Source of the DNA: the human T2T-CHM13v2.0 reference genome, Homo sapiens
NCBI RefSeq assembly: GCF_009914755.1
Contig: NC_060937.1
Reading direction: 5' to 3' (one strand)
DNA: 64,000 nt
Shown here: piece after piece, positions 54,197 to 64,000 of the stretch
Position numbering within the stretch: the stretch's first letter is position 1
How the letters are laid out: each line of letters opens with the position of its first letter
Notes under the pieces: generated by a model
What the model saw: the letters and a program-made list of their open reading frames with translations, nothing else
The model's database searches: none
Told to the model about the DNA's origin: nothing
Translations under genes and position numbers: made by a program

Positions 54197-54241
54197 GGTT
54201 ACCCTGGCTTGAGTGGTGAAAAAGGATCACCAGGACAGAAG
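54197..54241 (+). CDS. COL4A2: COL4A2 exon 16 (45 bp; GYPGLSGEKGSPGQK)
   Basis: attccag|GGT...AAG|gtaagt. Confidence 0.97.
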
Positions 54242-54722
54242 GTAAGTTGGATGCATGAACTGCAGTCTGCTCTGGGCCCACGACATCCCACAGAGGTTAA
54301 ATAAATAGGCCTTGGCATCTCAGGAAAGAAAATTGTCTCCAGAAAAAAACATTGAAAATGGTTCTTGTATTTGCAGTCACAAAGATAATCCTGCCTCACA
54401 ATACTTGAACCGGGTCATTACCTTGGCTCTCATTTTTGCAAACTATCTTTTGCTTCCTCCCTTTCAAAGTGTCCGTCACTCGACCCCACCAGCCATGGTT
54501 TCTATATCGTCCAACCTCACACCCCTCCTCCATGTCCTTGTCACTCATAGGAAGCTCCTGGACTTGGTGACCCAGGGTCCACCTAAATTTTTTTATAGAT
54601 TGACCCATACTGTGACACTTCATTTATGTTTAATGACAACCCAATTATTTTTATCATGAGTTCTGTGGACAGATTTTTGGCTTTTTTTTAGGAGAAAAAT
54701 GTTATGTAAGAAATGTATTATG

Positions 54723-55059
<337 letters not shown>

Positions 55060-56220
55060 TCAGATTTAGAACCGTCTGAACTCTAGGTCATACACAATGT
55101 TATAGTTCAGTGGTTGATGCCTTTTCACTGTTCACTGTGCCTGCGGGTCCCACCCCACAGCACACAGCACACGCCTCCTACGGCAGGCCCGGCAGGCTCC
55201 CCAGACACCACCACTGACAGCCCCTTGGGTCTCACATCACACTCATGCCAACATACACACAAAGACGTGTAGCTTCACATGCATGTAACGGAGCAACAAA
55301 AGAAATGTGTCTGTGCTGCTCTGCCCAGTGCCCCTTAGAGAATGTTCCAAGTCGGCAGGTACACATCTGCCTCGTTCTTTAAAGCTGCAGAGAATGGCAG
55401 TCAATAGGTGCGCCATATTTCCTTACGCCCTCGAGGTGGTTTTCATATTTCCAGCAAACATGCAGTCACCTCGGTGGTACACAGGGCTTGGCTGCCTGCC
55501 CATGGGCTAGTATGTCCATCACTCAGTCCTAGTAGGTGCACAGAGATAGAGTTTTATCAAAATCACTAGCCTCAGAATCACAACTCCGTTGAATCCTGCT
55601 CAGGGCTGCACAGAGAGTAGTGTGGCGTCTGGAGGCCCATGGGCTTCAGTTAGCTGGTACAGAAGCTCGGCAGGCCTGGTGGGGGTTCCGCCATGCTTGT
55701 TCCAGGACCACAGATGGACCTGCCTCCCAGACTCGCTTTCTGACCTCCACTGGCTCTAGACACGGGCCATCTTGACCCAGCATTCTGCTTTTGACCATTC
55801 AAACTTAACACCAATCTTGATGACTTCCTGCAACCTCCAATGATCATACTGTTCCCATTTCTGTTATTTTATGCTAAACTCAGCCCAGGGAGCCAATGCC
55901 AGGCTTTGCCGTAATCACACCCAGCCTTTCATAACATCAGTTACTGATCGGAGTACTCCCAAAGGCGGCACACCTAGAACAAGAGCTATCCAAATGCACC
56001 CCACCCAGAGGCCACATTCTAGTTCATGGCTTAGGAAAAGCAAATGTTGTAAAGGGACAGAGGCTAAAGCAGACATTATCGTTCAAAAGTAACCCGTTTC
56101 CACCTACCCCATGTGATTAAAGTGCTGCTGTTAATTTCCTACCATGTGCTGGTAAAATTATAATTATCTTTAGTTTTCCATCTTCAACACAAGGGACTTG
56201 TAGTATTTAAAAGTGCATTT

Positions 56221-56692
<472 letters not shown>

Positions 56693-57186
56693 TTAAGTGG
56701 GTTACAGGGAGGCAGTTTACTCAACTATAGAAATGGGAAATAGGCAGACATACACAAATGACGCAGCCGCCCTGCTTGTGAGCACCGATCTGCACCACAG
56801 CTATGTCCGCCCTCTGCCATCCCACTGGCCAGGTGGCCATCACTCCATGACTTTCATTTGTTCCCCACCCAACACCTCCCCCTAGACACCAAAAGCCCCT
56901 CCAAGGAGCAACTGCTCGGTGACATAAACAGTGCATCAAAATGGGAGGAACCAGAAAAGAAAAGATATCCTGGGTAGGAACTTGCCCTCCTCTACATAAA
57001 CACAGAATTGGTTGCCTGTCATCCCCACTGAGATTGTCAGAACTTCTATTAGTTCCAGCCTTTTCTAAAAAGGAATGGAGACGTAGCATTTATGAATTTG
57101 GTTATATTCAATTTTCTGATAAATTAGAGATGGTTTCGTCTCCTCTTTCTAGGGGAAACATATCTTTAGTAACTGAGCAAATGCTG

Positions 57187-57298
57187 TCCACAGTGTTATT
57201 TTATAATTTTGAAATAACTCCACAGAGTTATTTTATAATTTTGAAATAACTCCACAGAGTTATTTTATAATTTTGAAATAACTCCACAGAGTTATTTT
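57187..57298. repeat. 32-bp AT-rich minisatellite, 3.5 copies, internally palindromic
   Basis: Unit TCCACAGAGTTATTTTATAATTTTGAAATAAC. Confidence 0.95.
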
Positions 57299-59268
57299 AA
57301 AAAGTGTTCGTTGAGACCTAGTCTCCTTTGAGGAATACATGCCACACCAACACGCGTCGTGTTGTGGGAAGTCCCCCCTCAATAGGACCATTGTCCTCTA
57401 TGAGGACTGTCCAGGACTTCAGGGATGTTGCATTTGCACAGGCTGCAGTGTCGATGACTTGGACTCACCAGATGCAGCCTCAGTGTTCCCTGTGGCTGTG
57501 TGTAGGTTTCCTCTGCAAAGCTTGAAGTGGCAGACATGACCTCAGATTGAGTTCTTTTATGGAACTCTCACTGTCTTTAGTCTTTTATACTAAATCGCAT
57601 CTCATTTGCAGGCTGGCAGGGTTTCTTTGCAGAGGCGCCTCTTTCAAGAGGCACATGCGTTCTATTTAGCCTAACAGGTGCTCCCTCGGCCACTGCAATG
57701 AAAAGGGTACAACAGGCAAATGAAGAACAGAAAGATAACAGGCCAGTTCACACCACGAGAGACAGCAGACTGCTTTTAAGCTTTAGAAACATGCATCTCC
57801 CTAAAAAAGCCTAGCCATACATTCTTTTCATCTGTTTGTGTCAGCTAGTCCCTGAGGACTTCTGCCCAAGGACTTTCCTTACTCCAGTTATTTCCACCCT
57901 TGAAAAACATAAAATCAACCTTGTACTTCTAAAATTGCATAATCAGAACTTCCTATGAATCATATATATGACCTCACTGAATTCAAATGAGTGATAAGTT
58001 ATTAGATTTGGGGGAGGGCCGGGGAGAAAGGAGGTTGCAGTTTCAAAGCCCTTCACAGTTATCCATTCTAAAATAGTGATCTGCATGTCAGTCTCCTGAC
58101 CTCAGCTTTCCCTAAGGGTGGGCTCTGTGGTGAGCTTGCTAGCAGGAGTACAGACCTTGCCTGGAAGCGGGGTCTCAGGGAGCCCGGCGGAGCCTCCACT
58201 GGGTCCTTCCCGGGGTGGTTGCCAGCCTGACTCTGGGAGCGCCTGGGTGATTCCTCCTTGGCCATCCCTGCGCCTCCCCGACCCTGTTGTGTTTGCCACT
58301 GAGAAACAGAGAGGAAAAAGTTTTGATCGTCATTTTGACTTAGGGTTCCCGCCTATCTGGGTTTCACTGCCAGTGGTCTCAGATGAACCCTGAGGGTGCA
58401 TTTTCTCCTTAAGTCGTGCATAACCCTCAGCCTCCCCCGAGTCAGTTGACCTGTTGACCTGCCGCTGGGAACTCCCCTGGAAAGTTTTAGCTCATTGCTT
58501 TGGCTCTTGGGGTTCCAGCTGCCTCAGAGGAATCCTGAGTGCTTCTTAAGTTGTCCCCCTTCCCCAATGGGTTTTCTATAATGCCCAGTGCATTTCAGAT
58601 GGTTCAAAGTGCCCATGCTGTCTTGGACCCTTCAGCAGAGATGGCAACACGTGGTGTCTGGGGTGCTTGTTTTGTTTGCTGAGGATGCCACAGCATAGGT
58701 GTGTGATGCTCGTGGCCCAGAGTGAAGCTCAGATTTGACAAATTCCAGGGCACCCTCTGAGCTGGCCAGTCTGTGGCTGTGCTCACGGCTCCCACTGAGT
58801 GTCCAGCTGCCAGCTCCTGTCATGCCAGGTACTTGAGGATTCCTAGCTTAGCTTATGACGTGGCCTCTAAACAGGACCTCATTTTTAAAATCACAGAAGT
58901 TTGTCTTTACTTTTGAGTCTTCAGCTCCACCTAGCGTGAGAGAAAGTCCGGGTCCAAACCACAGGACCACAACAACACACACAAAGTGAAGCCCGTCTCA
59001 GTTCAGTCTAAACAACATGACTTTCAGCACACCTGCTCCTGGGTGTCAAGATAACCTCGAAAGTAATCAGAGAATGGACCTTTCTTATACCTGTGGCATC
59101 TGGCATTCTGAATTTTGAGAGCTGAACCATGCATGTTCTTTAAAAGAGGGAATACATTGCTAGATTTTTAGAGAGCTTTACTCTTCTGTCCAGATACCTC
59201 ATGATATGACTCAATGATAAACTTTTTCTTTCAAAAAATGTTCAAGGGAATGAGAAAACAAAACTTAG

Positions 59269-59751
<483 letters not shown>

Positions 59752-59929
59752 TAGGAGAAGAGGTGCCCAGCATCCTCCGCAAATGATCCCTGCTGAAAAG
59801 GGGAACCTGCACCTAGGGCAGCCTCCAGCCCTAATGACTCACGTGGAGGAAACGTGGGGTTAGAAGAACAGATTGTACAACACCACGGGGGTGAGACTGA
59901 CTGCAGCCCACCACAAAGAACATCTGCAG

Positions 59930-60195
59930 CACAGATGACCCAGTGTCTTCAACAACCACAAAATGATACTAAAAACATAGAAAGGAAGAAGGGACTATTG
60001 TGAATTAAGTGAGAATTCAGAGGCATAGCATCCAAGTGTTATATTTGGACTTTTTTGGCTCCTGGTTCTAGCAAAGCAACCTTAAAAAGACATTTTTGAG
60101 ACCCAAGTCAGGGAAAATTGAGCACAGACTGGGTTAATACATGACTTTAATAAACTGTTGTTCATTTTGTGAGATATAATAATGCTATTGCAGTC
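59930..60195 (+). mobile_element. Old L1 (L1MC4-like) 3' fragment
   Basis: AAAAAGACATTTTTGAGAC...GGGAAAATTGAGCACAGACTGGG...TTTTGTGAGATATAATAATGCTATTG resembles L1MC4-type 3' UTR. Boundaries approximate. Confidence 0.55.
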
Positions 60196-60251
60196 CCTTT
60201 TTGGAGTTATACATCAGAGACAAAAATTAAAAGCAAATATCTTTCTTGCAG

Positions 60252-60305
60252 GGAAGCCGAGGCCTGGATGGCTATCAAGGGCCTGATGGACCCCGGGGAC
60301 CTAAG
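60252..60305 (+). CDS. COL4A2: COL4A2 exon 17 (54 bp; GSRGLDGYQGPDGPRGPK)
   Basis: cttgcag|GGA...AAG|gtgagc. Confidence 0.97.
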
Positions 60306-61220
60306 GTGAGCCCGTTTCTCATGTCTTTGCCACTTATGGTGTCTCGCCCACCCTGGCTGGCCTTACTCCCCTCTTGATGGTGTCCTGTGGAGGCATCCCC
60401 TGCCCTAAAAAGTTCAAGATCCCCAAATACACGGCCTCTGACACTGGACAGACGAGGTGGATGGTGACCTACGAGCCACGTGTGCTCCCTGCCAGGGAGA
60501 AGGGTGCCACCTGCCACTCAGGGCCACGTAGGGGTGCGCTCAGGCACAGAGGAAGCCAGCAGCCCTGGGGAAGGCAGGCCTTGTAGTAACAAGAGGGTGC
60601 GGTGCCCCTGGTTTCCAAGGGAGGATGTGGCTTGTGTGAGTAATTCCTGGGCTTGCAGGGAGGGGAGACCATTAGGTGGAAGACCAGGTGGGTGCTGCTG
60701 GTCCAGCTGAGAGGGGAACGCACCCGTGGGGAACCTGGGTGGGGGCACATCTGGAGAGGACTTCTGAGCCGGGTGGGGCTCAAAGAGGTGAAGGTGGTGC
60801 GCGGGATGCTGCCTTATGACAAATGCTGCCTTACGACACAGATGGCGCTCCACGGGGGTCCTGCGGCCGCATCATCTCCCAGCCCACCCTCGCCAGGCGG
60901 CTCGGCTATCACTACCCAAAATGTAATAGTCTGAACTACAGAAAGCACAGTCTCCTGGCATTCGACAAGGATTTCAAAATGAGATGAGCCCCTGCCTGTC
61001 TTGTTCTCTTTGGGCACCTGTGGCTGGTGGCTGGGATGCCAGGCTCTGCCACCCTAGCATGGGGATGCTGCCCCAGGCACTGTCTGTGGTTCCACTGGTT
61101 GAAATAGCTGCTCTGCCAGCGTGACGGTCCACACTCGGGTTTCTTCTTTGGAAATATGTGTACTGTCAAAAACTCCAAAAGGCTATTCTCACATCCTATT
61201 TTTCTCTTTTCTTTCTCTAG

Positions 61221-61287
61221 GGAGAAGCCGGAGACCCAGGGCCCCCTGGACTACCTGCCTACTCCCCTCACCCTTCCCTAGCAAAAG
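61221..61287 (+). CDS. COL4A2: COL4A2 exon 18 (67 bp; GEAGDPGPPGLPAYSPHPSLAK plus first base of a split Gly)
   Basis: tctctag|GGA...AAAG|gtgtgt. First phase-1 junction in the window. Confidence 0.95.
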
Positions 61288-61386
61288 GTGTGTGAACAAT
61301 TTCACCTGCATAGTTCAGCATCGCATACACATTCTCTCCTGTTAGGGACACAGAGCTATGAACTTTCAAGACAGATATTCTAAGCA

Positions 61387-61434
61387 ACCCTAAAACTTAA
61401 AGTATAATAATAATAAAAAAAAATAAAAAATAAA
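61387..61434 (+). mobile_element. Extreme 3' stub of a young L1PA with A-rich tail
   Basis: ACCCTAAAACTTAAAGTATAATAA matches the terminal ~24 nt of young primate L1s and is followed by an A-rich tail. Confidence 0.75.
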
Positions 61435-62059
61435 CCACGAAATTTAGAACATAACTTCATGTACAATTTCCCTCATGCTTAAATGTGTCACAGGGAGACC
61501 TTCATGTTGCCTGTGCCTGAGACAGTCCTCACCACCTACACGTGAGAAATCCCCTCCGTTGGGGAATTCTTTCACTTCTGCTTAACTTGTAGAGTTCTAG
61601 TTCTGCCGTCTGGACTATCGCTGAAGATATGCAGGGCAGCAGCCCCAGCCGCCTTCGGATTTTTTCTCCAAATGCACCAAGGTTCTTAAGCCCTCTGCTT
61701 GCCAGCCCGACACCTGGAATTGATCATAACTCATAACCAGTGAACAGTCACATGCTTTCAGGCTTCAAGGCAACTAAATTCCCAGATATTTACACATAAC
61801 AACCACTCCCCACTGTCACAGTTGACCTTGGAGTGTAAACGAAGGACTTTGCGCATGTCGTCACTAATGCTCATCTTGTTATTAAGGCTCGGCTTCCAAA
61901 TTGGCGAGATCATATGGAAATCTGATCCTAGTCCTGCAACTAGAGCACTTGTCTCTGAACCTTGTAGAATGCGCATCCTTCTAGGTTAAAAAAAAAATGT
62001 TTCGAGAACCTCCTCCTGATAATCGTGCGTATATATCTTTGCGGATCATTGGCCCATGT

Positions 62060-62175
62060 TATAGTCAGCTCTGTGAGGACAGACATTTCAGCCCATCTTG
62101 TTCACTGCTGTATTCCCAATGCCTGGAACAGGACAGGCACAGAGTTGGAGCTCAGCAAACGCCTGACTGAGTGAC
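62060..62175 (+). mobile_element. L2 LINE 3' end fragment
   Basis: AGCTCTGTGAGGACAGA...TCTTGTTCACTGCTGTATTCCCAATGCCTGGAACAG...GCTCAGCAAAC resembles the L2 terminus. Confidence 0.65.
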
Positions 62176-64000
62176 GACGTGCAGAAACATATCAGACAGG
62201 CATTGTGAAGGGTAGGGTTTTTTAAATACAGACGCTCTGGTGTTTACCTCTTGAACTCAGCAGGTCACCTGGTCTCCCTGTCCTCTAAGCCTAGGTGTCA
62301 AGAATTCACCTCCCTGCTTCGAAGCGAGCCCTCTGTCAGTTTGATAATGGCTTTGCATGTCTTCATCCAATGCTGATCAAAACGCAGGACAGAACAGGGC
62401 CATGGGCAGTGCCTCCAGGAGCCCCTGAGATGTCTGTCTGGGGAGGCGTGGAGCCGTGAATGGGGATATTTTGAAATCCATGCTCAGCTTCCATGATGCC
62501 CGTAACTACGAAGCTGGCATTTCCTGCCTCATCCATGGCGCACACCTGGCTACCAAACCTGAGACCCACTAAAAAGAGCCATGAGCCCACTTTGACTTGA
62601 CTCATTATTAATAATTTTGGTAAAAAGGAAATATGCTGTTTGAGATTTTAAGAACATAATTTTTAAGTTAATGCTGGCGATGTTTCTTTTGCATTTTTTA
62701 AAAATGTTGCTGACTGAGAACCCAACTCTCACCAACCCCTCCCTTCTCACCGTACTATATTCCTGGAATTCACACTGCAAAGGCGGGTGCTTTCAAAATT
62801 CACTTTTTCCCACAAGCGGATTCAGAAATGCGGAGGTTGCCTGCCGCCTTTTCTACCGGACAACATTCCCGAGTTATTGGTGAGCTGGAATGTGACTGAC
62901 TTGCATTCCAGGGTTTCTTAAAGTCAAAGGTTGACTAACCAGCAGATTCCCTCAGGGAAAAGAGGCAGTAAATGTATCTTTTTCAAGGTAACATTGCATG
63001 AACTTGTCAAAAGACAAAAAGGATAGAGGGGTTTGTATTAAAAGAAATGATTCCAAGGTACCTAGAAATAAAAGTAATCTTGCTATTCTTCCAAACAAGT
63101 GAGAAGGTCTGTGGCTTTCAATTTTGTGTCTTTTTATGGAATCAACAATGGCTAACAGGTGTGTAGGTCACACTGTGTGCCAGGCGATGCTCCAAGTTGT
63201 CCTAGTTGTACTTTTCAGTGTGTTTACCCCTCTGGGTGACCCTGTGAGGTGGAGATGGACTTGGCTGCGTTTACTGAGGGAGAGATGGAAGCGCAGGGCG
63301 TTGAGTTCCTTGCCCAGGGTTGCCTTTAAGTGGAGGAGCCAGGTTCAGGCCCAGGGCCTCTGGCTGCGGAGCGCAGCCCCCTGCACACTCGGCACGAAGC
63401 TGCCCGAGCAGGAGACGCCATACACGGAAGTCAGGCCTTCTGTCCCTTGCACGTGGGACTTCAGTGTGACGCCCAGCAAAGCCCTCTCCTTATTTTAAGG
63501 AACTTCGTAAGACGACATGCAGAGTGAAAGCTTTCCTAGAAATTCCTAATGCCTACATGATAAAAAGTCCTATTTTCTTCTCATTCTTCTCATCTTTCCC
63601 AATTATAGTCTAGAAAAAAGTGTGTTCTACAGTAAAGCGTTGCTATTTACACAGCAAAGGAACATAGCCATGCCACTTTGTCTTTGTTTGTTCAGGGGTG
63701 AAAGTTTTTAAAAGCCAAATTTTGTTATGCATCCAGCAGACAGGGATGAGAAGAGCCTAATAGGGTTAAAGCTGGGGCTGAGGGGCAGAGTGGGGTGCAG
63801 GGAAGTGAGGCCTCCTCGCTCCCAGGCCACCAGCAGAATTGGCAACCACATTAGTTCCTTCTTTATTCGAGCTTTGGACTCACCTACTTCCTCACCCGGT
63901 TTTCACTAATCCTGTTCCCCTGCTGGAGAATGAGCCCCTTAAAAAGAGAGACCACCCCATGTATTAATCATCTTAACTCCTCATCAGGCCGCATACAGCA

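Overview
Human (primate) genomic DNA, identified as part of the COL4A2 gene (collagen IV alpha-2 chain, chr13q34) on the + strand. About 39 kb is the 3' part of the large intron 4. It is followed by 14 small GT-AG coding exons (exons 5-18, codons 61-360 by my recalled numbering), which splice into an uninterrupted Gly-X-Y reading frame. The introns hold about 12 Alu elements (one a near-perfect AluYa5), a full-length two-LTR MaLR element with an intact 5-bp TSD, old L1/MIR/L2/MER5 fragments, a U13 snoRNA retro-pseudogene and several tandem repeats. The haplotype reads Phe rather than the canonical Val at codon 192. I see no evidence for a new multi-gene system, and the supplied ORF track is almost entirely spurious. 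The best leads are a 24-bp VNTR and motif clusters in the intron-4 region linked to vascular disease, a young AluYa5 beside exon 5, possible stop-free circRNAs from the all-phase-0 exons, an L1 3' stub supplying poly(A) signals behind exon 18, and several templated-inversion scars. Exon numbers, rsIDs and repeat subfamily calls come from memory and need database confirmation.
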